Shown here one piece after another: positions 23,224-32,013 of a DNA stretch of 64,000 nucleotides; positions within the stretch are counted from its first letter, which is position 1; each line of letters opens with the position of its first letter. A program made the position numbers and the translations under genes. Source of the stretch: Marinifilaceae bacterium (GTDB lineage Bacteria; Bacteroidota; Bacteroidia; Bacteroidales; Marinifilaceae); NCBI GenBank assembly GCA_963666945.2, contig CAXXRT010000026.1, forward strand, positions 16,073 through 80,072, read 5' to 3'. The notes below the pieces were generated by a model. It was not told the DNA's origin and ran no database searches. It saw nothing but the letters and a program-made list of their open reading frames with translations.

Positions 23224-24120
23224 ATGGAACAAAAAAAACAATTCAAAAGAAGAAGTATGCTTTACATACCTGGAAACAATCCAGCTATGCTTCAGCAGGG
23301 CGGTATCTATGGAGCCGACAGTGTACTTCTTGATCTGGAAGATGCAGTAGCACTTAACCAGAAAGATTCAGCAAGAATCCTGGTAAGAAATATGCTTAAA
23401 TCGACAGACTATTACGGAGCAGAGCTAACCGTAAGAGTTAACCATATAGACACTCCATTTGGCAAGGCCGATCTTGAAGAGATTGTGCCCCTTCAGCCAG
23501 ATGCTATACGTTTCCCTAAATGCGAAACAATAGAACAATTAAAACAAGTTATTGATCTTGTTGAGGAAATAGAAAACAAACACAATCTTCCTCACGACAA
23601 GATGAATATTCATGCTATGATTGAGACTGCATTAGGAGTGCAAAACGTTTATGAAATAGCAGGATTTTCAAAAAGAGTTGATGCAATCACCATTGGTGGC
23701 CAGGATTTAACAGCAGACATGAAAGTAGCTGCAGCTAAAGACGGTATAGGTATCGACTATGCACGTAAGCGTATTGTCATGGCAGCCAAAGCAAACAGAA
23801 TTGATGCAATTGATACAGTCTTCGCCGATGTAGATGATGATGAAGGATTAAGAGCTGAAACTGAATACATCCGAAAAGTTGGATTTACAGGAAAGGCAGT
23901 TATCAACCCTCGTCAGATTGATACAGTTCACGAAGTATACACTCCAAAAGAACACGAAATTGCTAAAGCAATGAGAATTTACACTGCTTTCTTGAAAAAC
24001 AAGGCAGCCGGTATAGGTGTATTTGCAGTAGACGGAAAGATGGTTGACAAACCAGTAATGGAAAGAGCAAAACACACTCTATTATTAGCAGACATAGATA
24101 TTGATTCTATTACGTATTAA
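23224..24120 (+). CDS. citE: Citrate lyase beta subunit (citryl-CoA lyase)
   Basis: 298 aa, HpcH/HpaI aldolase-like CitE pattern (RRSMLY.PG.., LDLEDAV, ..ETA.G..). It sits between citD and citF. Confidence 0.9.
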   Translation: MEQKKQFKRRSMLYIPGNNPAMLQQGGIYGADSVLLDLEDAVALNQKDSARILVRNMLKSTDYYGAELTVRVNHIDTPFGKADLEEIVPLQPDAIRFPKCETIEQLKQVIDLVEEIENKHNLPHDKMNIHAMIETALGVQNVYEIAGFSKRVDAITIGGQDLTADMKVAAAKDGIGIDYARKRIVMAAKANRIDAIDTVFADVDDDEGLRAETEYIRKVGFTGKAVINPRQIDTVHEVYTPKEHEIAKAMRIYTAFLKNKAAGIGVFAVDGKMVDKPVMERAKHTLLLADIDIDSITY

Positions 24121-24153
24121 TGGAAGCATTAAAAGATTAAAATTATTAGACAA

Positions 24154-25704
24154 ATGAAAAATAGTTTTGGTATAGATATTCCTGATTTTGTTGAAGGATT
24201 AGGAGAACTTAAGCCATTCCAGGGTGCTTGGCATTTACAGGACAATCTTGATGCTGACCAATGTGTTGCAGTTCCTACAAAAGCTCGTAAAGCACACTAT
24301 AATAAAGTATGTGAAACACTTGAAGAGGCAATTAAAAAATCAAATCCCCATGATGGAATGTGTATTTCATTCCACCACCACTTAAGAGGAGGAGACCAGC
24401 TTCTTATTCAGGTTGTAGAACTATTGGCAGGTATGGGTATTAAAGATATCTGTCTTGCATCGTCTTCATTAACTACCGCACACGATTGTCTTGTGCCTTA
24501 TCTTGAAGACGGAACAATTACAAGAATTTTCTCTTCTGGTATAAGGGGAGAACTGGGAAGAGTAATCTCTGAAGGAATACTTCCTCATCCAGTAGTTATC
24601 CACTCGCACGGAGGAAGGGTAAGAGACATTAAAACAGGAAGAATAAAAATAGACCTGGCCGTATTAGGAGCATCAGCTGCCGACAACGAAGGTAATGCTA
24701 CAGGTCAACACGGACCTTCAGCATTCGGTTCTATGGGATACGCCATGTCAGACGCACAATATGCCAAGAATGTAGTTATTGTAACTGACAATATGGTAGA
24801 GTACCCATGTACACCATGTTCAATACAATCACACCTTGTTGACCACGTAGTAAAAATAGATTGTATTGGTGATGCTAAAAAAATTGCATCGGGAACAACC
24901 CGTATCACAAAATCACCAATGGATCTTCGTATTGCAAAAATGGCAGGTGAAGCCATAGCAGTAACTGACTACTTCAAAAACGGCATCAGCTTCCAGGTAG
25001 GTGCAGGAGGAGCTTCTCTTGCAGTTGCTAAGTATGTAAGACAGGCTATGTTAGCCAAAGAAATAAAAGGCAGCTTCCTTCTTGGAGGTGTAACATCTGT
25101 TTGTACTGATATGTTGGAAGAAGGACTTTTCAATGCTATTTTCGACGTTCAGGGATTCGATGCTGAAGTTAGTTCATCAATTCTTAACAACCCTAAACAC
25201 ATTGAGATCTCTGCTGATCAATACGCATGTTGCATAAACAGCGGAGCCATGACCAACAAGATCGATGTTGTTGTATTAGGAGCACTAGAAATTGATACCG
25301 ACTTTAACGTAAACGTTATCACAGGATCAGACGGTAACATCAGAGGAGCATCAGGAGGACACTCTGATACCGCAGCAGGTGCAAAACTAACTGTCGCAGT
25401 AGCACCTTCTTACAGAGGTAGATTACCTATCATCAAGGATAAGGTTATGAATATTGTGACTCCTGGAGAAAGCATCGACCTGGTTGTAACAGAAAGAGGT
25501 ATCTGTGTTAACCCAGCAAGGGAAGACCTTAAAAAACAACTTGAAGAGGCTGGTCTTTGGATAAGAGATATCAAAGAACTAGCTAAAGAAGTTGAGGGTA
25601 TTACAGGTCGACCTGTTGAAGTTGAGCACACAGACAGAATAGTTGGCCTTATCGAATACCGTGACGGATCAATTATCGACGTAATCAAACAGGTAAAATT
25701 ATAA
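24154..25704 (+). CDS. citF: Citrate lyase alpha subunit (citrate CoA-transferase)
   Basis: 516 aa. Length and sequence are typical of CitF (..ISFHHHLR.GD.., ..FQVGAGGASLA..). Confidence 0.9.
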   Translation: MKNSFGIDIPDFVEGLGELKPFQGAWHLQDNLDADQCVAVPTKARKAHYNKVCETLEEAIKKSNPHDGMCISFHHHLRGGDQLLIQVVELLAGMGIKDICLASSSLTTAHDCLVPYLEDGTITRIFSSGIRGELGRVISEGILPHPVVIHSHGGRVRDIKTGRIKIDLAVLGASAADNEGNATGQHGPSAFGSMGYAMSDAQYAKNVVIVTDNMVEYPCTPCSIQSHLVDHVVKIDCIGDAKKIASGTTRITKSPMDLRIAKMAGEAIAVTDYFKNGISFQVGAGGASLAVAKYVRQAMLAKEIKGSFLLGGVTSVCTDMLEEGLFNAIFDVQGFDAEVSSSILNNPKHIEISADQYACCINSGAMTNKIDVVVLGALEIDTDFNVNVITGSDGNIRGASGGHSDTAAGAKLTVAVAPSYRGRLPIIKDKVMNIVTPGESIDLVVTERGICVNPAREDLKKQLEEAGLWIRDIKELAKEVEGITGRPVEVEHTDRIVGLIEYRDGSIIDVIKQVKL

Positions 25705-25740
25705 TATACCTTTTGTCTTTTGACTTTTTGACTTTAAAAT

Positions 25741-25767
25741 GTTGGCCGGATTGACTCTCCGGCCAAC
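25741..25767 (+). promoter_or_regulatory. Perfect 10-bp GC-rich hairpin inside the cit cluster (between citF and citXG)
   Basis: GTTGGCCGGA (25741-25750) pairs with TCCGGCCAAC (25758-25767) around the loop TTGACTC. The iterated TTTTGTC/TTTTGAC/TTTTTGAC motif at 25711-25735 precedes it. No U-tract follows. Confidence 0.4.
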
Positions 25768-25781
25768 AAAAACTAAAAACC

Positions 25782-27158
25782 ATGCTCCAGAGGGTACTAG
25801 ACGCAAGAGAAAAGAGAGCACAGCAAAGACAGAACTGGGCTGACAGGAAACGCCTGTCTTTAAGCTTATCCTTTAACATTCCGGGATATCCCAAGTCTGA
25901 CAACACAATCACTTCAGCTTTCACTGAAGTAAAAAAAGATCTTGTAAGATATATCACATCCTGCCGATTATCTTTTAATCTAAAAGAATCTAAGACAACA
26001 TGCGATTATGCAGGAGATTTCTTTATACTCCCACTATCGGAGAAGGCAGAGAATCCAAAAGAAATCAAAGCCTTATTTGAAAATTTTGAAGCGAATCATC
26101 CGCTTTCAAGACTGATTGACGTTGATATTTTCAGCTCAGAGGGCTTGCCTATATCTTCAAACAAAGCGAAGAAATGTCTTATTTGTTCAAAACCCGCAAT
26201 AGTTTGCATGAGGGAGCAGAATCACAGTTTAGAAGAGCTTAGAGAAGAAATTAACAACAGGATGGTCTCTTTCCTTAAGGAAAGAAGAAAAGAGCTTATA
26301 AGACAGGAAATCACTCTATACGCCACCAAGGCATTAATGTATGAGGTAAGCGTTACACCAAAGCCAGGCCTTGTAGACAGATACTCACAGGGGTGTCATA
26401 CCGACATGGACTTCTTTACATTTATCTCCTCCTCATCCGCCCTATCCTACTACTGGAGAGAGATTGTTGATCTTGCGGCAGTATGGGATGGCAAGGAGAA
26501 AGAAAAAACCTTAAGGGGATTAAGAACCACGGGGATTAAAATGGAGGAATCAATGCTGAGCGCAACAGAAGGAGTAAACACACAAAAAGGAGCAATCTTC
26601 TTATTGGGATTTACAGCCTTTGCATGCGCTTATCGCATAATAAACAACCAAGAACCAAGCGATGAGAATATAAGCTCTGTTATATCTTATTTAAATGCTA
26701 ATGCGGTAGAAAAAGAACTTATTAACAATACCTCCGGAGGCAGTCACGGGGAAAAAGTATTTAATAAATACGGTAAAGAACTGGCTGGAGGAATAAGACT
26801 GGAAGTTGAGGGAGGCCTTCCAACAATATTTAATATATCACTTCCTGTATTGAAAGAATTGGCCAAAACTGAAGAAAATACAGAGCAATGGTGGAATACG
26901 ACCTTAAAAGAAGTTCTTCTTCATTTAATGGCCAAAAACAACGACACCAACATACTTTTCAGATCTAATGCCGATATACTTGCAGAAACCAAACAACTTG
27001 CACATATTTGCATAGAAAAAGAATCTTTAGAGAGGATAAAACAATTTGAAATATTGAATGACTTTTGTGAACAGCACAACATATCACCGGGAGGTTCAGC
27101 AGATCTTTTAGCCGTGACATGTTTTATTTACTGGGTTCAGAAAAAGTATAAAGAATAA
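25782..27158 (+). CDS. citXG: Fused CitX-CitG: apo-citrate lyase phosphoribosyl-dephospho-CoA transferase plus triphosphoribosyl-dephospho-CoA synthase
   Basis: The N-terminal ~170 aa carry CitX motifs (..HPLSRLIDVDI.., ..KCLICSKPAIVCMR..). The C-terminal ~280 aa carry CitG motifs (..EVSVTPKPGLVDR...G.H.DMD.., ..SPGGSADLLA..). Confidence 0.8.
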   Translation: MLQRVLDAREKRAQQRQNWADRKRLSLSLSFNIPGYPKSDNTITSAFTEVKKDLVRYITSCRLSFNLKESKTTCDYAGDFFILPLSEKAENPKEIKALFENFEANHPLSRLIDVDIFSSEGLPISSNKAKKCLICSKPAIVCMREQNHSLEELREEINNRMVSFLKERRKELIRQEITLYATKALMYEVSVTPKPGLVDRYSQGCHTDMDFFTFISSSSALSYYWREIVDLAAVWDGKEKEKTLRGLRTTGIKMEESMLSATEGVNTQKGAIFLLGFTAFACAYRIINNQEPSDENISSVISYLNANAVEKELINNTSGGSHGEKVFNKYGKELAGGIRLEVEGGLPTIFNISLPVLKELAKTEENTEQWWNTTLKEVLLHLMAKNNDTNILFRSNADILAETKQLAHICIEKESLERIKQFEILNDFCEQHNISPGGSADLLAVTCFIYWVQKKYKE

Positions 27159-27169
27159 TTATTTTAGTT

Positions 27170-28234
27170 ATGTATCAGGGTTTTTCGGATTTTGTGGTCA
27201 ACGAAGTGGATTTTGCCAATCCATACGATGTTAGAATGGTAAGAATGTTTCTTGACAAATTTCATATCGACTATATACCATACGAGACAGACAAGACAAT
27301 TATTCTGGAAACCACTTCCGGGGAAATGGTAGGAACAGGATCGTATAAGAACAATGTTTTAAAATGTATAGCTGTTGACCCAAAATTTCAGGGAAGTAAT
27401 GCTTTTTCAACTATTGTGTCTACTTTGAGCGAAGAACTACTACCCATCTACAAACATGTATTTGTTTATACCCATCCCAAAAACAAAGAAATATTCATTG
27501 GTCTGGGATTTAAACTCATAGCAGAAGCCCCTCCATATTATTCTCTTTACGAATTCGGATTCAGCAATATAAAAGATTACAAGAAATATCTTTCTTCAAA
27601 GAAAAAATCAGGAAAAAAGATTGCTGCAATTGTAGCAAACTGCAATCCTTTCACCAACGGACATCTTTACCTTATAGAAAAAGCCTCTGAAGAAAACGAT
27701 GTTGTATATATTTTTGTTGTTGAGGCAGAACTATCAGTCTTCCCTTTCAAAGTAAGATGGCAACTTATTAAAGAAGGCACAGCACACCTTAAAAACGTTG
27801 TTATAATAAGAAGCGGAGATTATCTCGTATCGGAAGTATCGTTCCCCAGATATTTCCTTAAAGGGGAAAATCCCGATGAAATTACTGCAAACCAGGCAAA
27901 ACTCGACCTTACAATATTTGCCGATCACGTAGCGCCCGCATTAGGAATAAAACGCAGATATGTAGGCACCGAGAATTACTGTATGACCACTGCCATATAC
28001 AACAGGGAAATGAAAAAACTGCTTCCCGAAAAAGGTCTTGAAGTAGTAGAGGTTAAACGTAAAGCAGTACATGAAACAGATTTTATTTCAGCATCAGCCG
28101 TACGTAAGGCCATAACTGAAGATCAGTGGGAACTTGTAAAAGAGAAAGTACCAGCAACAACCTATGATTTCCTTAGATCCAAAGAAGCTGAAGCTATTAT
28201 CAGAAGAATTAAAATTAATAATTCAAGACATTAA
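27170..28234 (+). CDS. citC: [Citrate (pro-3S)-lyase] ligase
   Basis: 354 aa. It has an N-terminal acetyltransferase-like part and a C-terminal cytidylyltransferase-like fold with NPFTNGHLYLIE. Confidence 0.85.
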   Translation: MYQGFSDFVVNEVDFANPYDVRMVRMFLDKFHIDYIPYETDKTIILETTSGEMVGTGSYKNNVLKCIAVDPKFQGSNAFSTIVSTLSEELLPIYKHVFVYTHPKNKEIFIGLGFKLIAEAPPYYSLYEFGFSNIKDYKKYLSSKKKSGKKIAAIVANCNPFTNGHLYLIEKASEENDVVYIFVVEAELSVFPFKVRWQLIKEGTAHLKNVVIIRSGDYLVSEVSFPRYFLKGENPDEITANQAKLDLTIFADHVAPALGIKRRYVGTENYCMTTAIYNREMKKLLPEKGLEVVEVKRKAVHETDFISASAVRKAITEDQWELVKEKVPATTYDFLRSKEAEAIIRRIKINNSRH

Positions 28235-28310
28235 TAGCCCATGCCGACCAGCTAAAGAAAGACATTCTTATTTCCAGCATTTCTATTTGCGAAAAATTAA
28301 TTAACCCTAT

Positions 28311-28973
28311 TTACCAATTAATAGGGTCAAGACCATTATTCTTAAGATATTCATTTGTCTTGCTAAAATGCTGATTACCAAAAAATCCCCTGCTAGCAGA
28401 CAAAGGAGAGGGATGAACAGACTTTAGTATAAAATGCTTTGAAGAATCTATTATCTCCTCTTTTTTCTGTGCATAAGCACCCCAAAGAAGAAATACCACA
28501 TGTTCCTTTTCATCAGATATCTTCTTTATAACGGCATCGGTAAATGTTTCCCAACCTTTTTTCTGATGCGATCCCGCATTGCTGTCCCTAACTGTCAGTG
28601 TGGCATTTAAAAGCATTACCCCCTGCTCTGCCCATCTTTCAAGGTTGCCGGATTCAGGTATAGGTTTTCCAAGATCGTTATGAATTTCCTTAAAAATATT
28701 CTTTAAAGAGGGAGGCTGTTTTATTCCATTAGGCACAGAAAAACAAAGTCCATGGGCCTGTCCTGGTCCATGATAAGGATCCTGCCCAATTATAACAACC
28801 TTTAATTTATCGATAGGACACTTATCAAAGGCATTAAAAATCAATTTCCCTGGAGGATATATTACCTGCGTTTTAAACTCATTTTTAACAAACGAAACAA
28901 GATTCACAAAATAGTCCTTAGCAAACTCATCTGCCAATAATTTTTTCCAGTCTCCCGCAATTTTTACCTCCAT
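28311..28973 (-). CDS. ung: Uracil-DNA glycosylase (family 1)
   Basis: Motifs GQDPYHGPGQAHGL and HPSPLSA are present. The track start at 29024 is a TTG, and a -7 promoter box lies inside that extension. The ATG at 28973 (MEVKIAGDW) is preferred. Confidence 0.9.
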   Translation of the reverse strand: MEVKIAGDWKKLLADEFAKDYFVNLVSFVKNEFKTQVIYPPGKLIFNAFDKCPIDKLKVVIIGQDPYHGPGQAHGLCFSVPNGIKQPPSLKNIFKEIHNDLGKPIPESGNLERWAEQGVMLLNATLTVRDSNAGSHQKKGWETFTDAVIKKISDEKEHVVFLLWGAYAQKKEEIIDSSKHFILKSVHPSPLSASRGFFGNQHFSKTNEYLKNNGLDPINW

Positions 28974-28993
28974 AATATCAATATGATTTAGCG

Positions 28994-29001
28994 CAAAAAT
29001 A
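28994..29001 (-). promoter_or_regulatory. -7 promoter box TATTTTTG for ung
   Basis: On the minus strand it matches TAnnTTTG, 21 nt upstream of the ATG at 28973. Confidence 0.35.
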
Positions 29002-29066
29002 ACAATAAAATAATGTGGATGCAACCTTAAGTCATTTCATTAAATTCGCCGTACAAAATCCGATGC

Positions 29067-29104
29067 TTTTACTAGCTTTGTACTAGGTTTGTACTAGCTT
29101 ACTG
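29067..29104 (+). repeat. Phased 11-bp repeats TTTGTACTAG(G/C), about 3.5 copies
   Basis: The sequence reads TTTTACTAGC | TTTGTACTAGG | TTTGTACTAGC | TTACTG. TACTAG recurs at 29070, 29081 and 29092, an 11-bp period. The junctions create TAGCTTTG and TAGGTTTG, which are TAnnTTTG matches on the plus strand. Confidence 0.7.
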
Positions 29105-29242
29105 TTACCTAAATAGTATAAATTTAGCTTAAGGCTTGTATGATAAAAGTATAAACATCGAATAAGAAAAGGTTCTATTTTGCCATAAAATTAACTCAAA
29201 ACATAAAAAAAAGCATACTAATAATTCCTAGAGGAAAGACAT

Positions 29243-29275
29243 AAAAAAACGCCTCAAGAAAAAATCTCAAGGCGC
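29243..29275 (-). terminator. Rho-independent terminator of the glutaminyl cyclase gene
   Basis: On the minus strand, CGCCUUGAG-AUUUUUU-CUUGAGGCG forms 9 bp including two G-U pairs, followed by U7. It lies 31 nt after the stop codon. Confidence 0.7.
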
Positions 29276-29305
29276 AATTTTTATAATTTTAGAATAACTA
29301 TCACT

Positions 29306-30418
29306 TTACTTCAACTCAATATGGAAAAGCTTATTCCAACGCTTACCGGTAACGAACAGTCTCTTCTTATCGTGATCGTAGGCAATACCATTTAGCACAT
29401 CATCATCGTCAAGCTGAGAAAGTTCCTGCTGTGTAAGCAATCCTTCCATATTTATTTCACCTTTCACTATTCCTGTCTCAGGGTCAATCATCACAATCTT
29501 ATCGGTCATCCAGACGTTGGCATAAATCATGCCGTTGATATACTCAAGTTCGTTAAGGGAATCGACAGCCCCTTTATTATCATATACCTCTATCTGACGC
29601 TTAACGTAGAAAGAAGAAGGCTCTATAAAATAAAGCTTATTGGATCCATCACTCATTACAAGTTCCTGTCCAATAGTTGTAATACCCCATCCCTGGGTAG
29701 AATAACGAAATTCCGATTCAAGACTAAAGGTTTTAAGATCGTAAACAAATCCCCTCATCTCCATCCATGTAAGCTGTATAATCTTATCATTTACAATAGA
29801 AATACCCTCACCAAAAAGATTGTTGTCAATATTAAGAACAGAAAGAATTTCATTCTTTTCAATGTCAACCTTTCTTATAGATGATTCCCCTCTTTGCCCG
29901 GTACTCTCATACATATACCCATCCTTAAAAACCAAACCCTGAGTATATGCCTTAGGATCGTGTTTATAGGTTTTTAGTATCTTATACCCATGCTTTTTGG
30001 GAGCCTCATCGGGAATAACATTTATATTAACAGTTGCCACGCCCCTTTTGTTATCTTTATGGTAAGCAATAGCTTTAAGCTGTCTTTTTCCAACCTTGCC
30101 TTTGGTAAAGTTAAAGAAACACTGAAACGGCTCTTTATAAAAAACTTTTTTAAGCTTACCATCCACATAAAGCTGAAGAGAATCTATTTTTAGGTTTTCT
30201 CTCCTATGAATTATCGCCACAGGAACTTTAGTATTTCTTTTCCACACAGAGTCCTTCAGTGGAGAGGAAAAAAGAATACTTTTGACATACTTTATTTGAT
30301 CTGTAGCAGATTGCTCAGACTTTTTATTTTCCTCAACAGCTTTAATCTTATCCTTAGATTCCGATTTACAGGAAGCCACCGATAAGCTTAAAAAAAGAGA
30401 TATAATCAGATACTTCAT
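29306..30418 (-). CDS. Glutaminyl-peptide cyclotransferase, beta-propeller (plant/bacterial type I) family, with N-terminal Ig-like extension; lipoprotein
   Basis: The C-terminal ~240 aa carry type I QC motifs (..YKHDPKAYTQGL.., ..ESTGQRGESSIRKV.., ..EGI.., ..LNELEYI.G.IYANVW..). The N-terminus is MKYLIISLFLSLSVASC, a lipobox. The ATG at 30418 is preferred over the TTG at 30421. Confidence 0.8.
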   Translation of the reverse strand: MKYLIISLFLSLSVASCKSESKDKIKAVEENKKSEQSATDQIKYVKSILFSSPLKDSVWKRNTKVPVAIIHRRENLKIDSLQLYVDGKLKKVFYKEPFQCFFNFTKGKVGKRQLKAIAYHKDNKRGVATVNINVIPDEAPKKHGYKILKTYKHDPKAYTQGLVFKDGYMYESTGQRGESSIRKVDIEKNEILSVLNIDNNLFGEGISIVNDKIIQLTWMEMRGFVYDLKTFSLESEFRYSTQGWGITTIGQELVMSDGSNKLYFIEPSSFYVKRQIEVYDNKGAVDSLNELEYINGMIYANVWMTDKIVMIDPETGIVKGEINMEGLLTQQELSQLDDDDVLNGIAYDHDKKRLFVTGKRWNKLFHIELK

Positions 30419-30434
30419 CAAACAGTAATTTTAA

Positions 30435-31907
30435 TTAGTCAGCCAATTCCCACTCAAAACCATCTTTGGTATCTTTTACCTTAACGCCAATTTCAGCAAG
30501 CTGATCTCTTATTTTATCGGCAGTAGCCCAATCTTTATTTGCCTTGGCATCAATTCTAAGATTTAAAAGAAGATCTATGGCTTTTTCAAGAACATCGTTC
30601 GTTCCGGCAGCTTCATCCTCCTGTTTAAGTCCAAGAACATCGAACACAAAACCACAGTAAAGTTTTTCAAGTTTTTCCAATCCTGCTTTATCTATTTTTT
30701 CAGTTCCCGCAATAATAGAATTGATAGTCTTAACACCATCGAATAAATGAGATATAAGAATTGGAGTATTCAAATCATCGTTAAGGGCAGCGAAACATCT
30801 TTCTTCCAATGCATCAATATCAACAGTAGACTCATTAGACACATTAATCTTAGAAATAGATCCAACAGCTTTCATTAATCTGATATAACCTTTTTCGGCT
30901 GCTTTAAGGGCATCGTTAGAGAAATCAAGCGGACTTCTGTAATGTGCCTGAAGCATAAAGAATCTGACAGTCATAGGACTGTAGGCTTGTTCCAATACAT
31001 TGTTATCACCGGAGAACAACTCGTCAAGAGTAATAAAGTTACCCAACGATTTACCCATCTTCTGACCGTTGATAGTCACCATATTATTGTGCATCCAGTA
31101 TTTTACAGGATCGTGTCCGTATGCAGCAGTACTTTGAGCTATCTCACACTCATGGTGAGGAAACTGAAGGTCAAGACCACCTCCGTGTATATCAAACCTG
31201 TCTCCAAGATATTTCTGACTCATGCAAGAACACTCAAGGTGCCATCCGGGGAAACCATCGCTCCATTTTGAAGGCCATCTCATAATATGCTCAGGAGAGG
31301 CTTTCTTCCACAGAGCAAAATCAAAAGAGTTCTTCTTCTCGCTCTGTCCCGCAAGCTCCCTTGTATTGGCAATAAGCTCATCTATCTTCCTTCCCGACAA
31401 TTTTCCGTACTGGTATTTCTCGTTATATTTTTCTACATCAAAATAAATAGAACCATCTTTCTCGTAAGCAAAACCATTCTCAAGAATCTTTTCTACCAGC
31501 AATTCCTGCTCTATGATATGAGCAGAAGCCCTGGGCTCAATACTTGGTTTTAAAGTATTCAGATCATCCATATTTTTATGGTACCTATCGGTAAAGAACT
31601 GAACAATCTCCATTGGTTCCAACTCTTCAAGTCTTGCTTTTTTAGCAATCTTATCTTCCCCCTCGTCGGCATCATTGACCAAATGCCCAACATCGGTAAT
31701 ATTACGCACATACCTGACCTTATATCCGAGATATTTTAAATATCTAAACAACAAATCGAAAGTAATGGCAGGACGTGCATGTCCTAAATGTGCATCACCA
31801 TAAACAGTAGGTCCGCAAACATATAAGCCCACAAAAGGAGGATTATAAGGTTCGAACTTCTCTTTTTTTCTCGACAAGGTGTTGTATATTACCAAATTAT
31901 CTTGCAT
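30435..31907 (-). CDS. cysS: Cysteine--tRNA ligase
   Basis: 490 aa with the HIGH motif (HLGHARP) and KMSKS motif (KMGKS), typical of CysRS. Confidence 0.95.
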   Translation of the reverse strand: MQDNLVIYNTLSRKKEKFEPYNPPFVGLYVCGPTVYGDAHLGHARPAITFDLLFRYLKYLGYKVRYVRNITDVGHLVNDADEGEDKIAKKARLEELEPMEIVQFFTDRYHKNMDDLNTLKPSIEPRASAHIIEQELLVEKILENGFAYEKDGSIYFDVEKYNEKYQYGKLSGRKIDELIANTRELAGQSEKKNSFDFALWKKASPEHIMRWPSKWSDGFPGWHLECSCMSQKYLGDRFDIHGGGLDLQFPHHECEIAQSTAAYGHDPVKYWMHNNMVTINGQKMGKSLGNFITLDELFSGDNNVLEQAYSPMTVRFFMLQAHYRSPLDFSNDALKAAEKGYIRLMKAVGSISKINVSNESTVDIDALEERCFAALNDDLNTPILISHLFDGVKTINSIIAGTEKIDKAGLEKLEKLYCGFVFDVLGLKQEDEAAGTNDVLEKAIDLLLNLRIDAKANKDWATADKIRDQLAEIGVKVKDTKDGFEWELAD

Positions 31908-31982
31908 AACTATTTATCTTAAAAGTATTATTACATAGTAAAGTTAAAAAAATTTTGTTACCAAAACCTGCGCAAAATTCAT

Positions 31983-31990
31983 TAAATTTG
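31983..31990 (+). promoter_or_regulatory. -7 promoter box TAAATTTG for the M48 peptidase gene
   Basis: It matches TAnnTTTG, 24 nt upstream of the ATG. A TTTG at 31954-31957 could serve as the -33 element, but the 25-nt spacing is long. Confidence 0.3.
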
Positions 31991-32013
31991 TGTAAAGACA
32001 AAAATTATAAGCC

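Noticed and set aside
28235-28310. A terminator between the convergent citC and ung genes.
   Set aside because: Only a 7-bp inverted repeat (CCCTATT/AATAGGG) is present, and it overlaps the ung stop region. There is no U-tract on either strand, so this is too weak to call.
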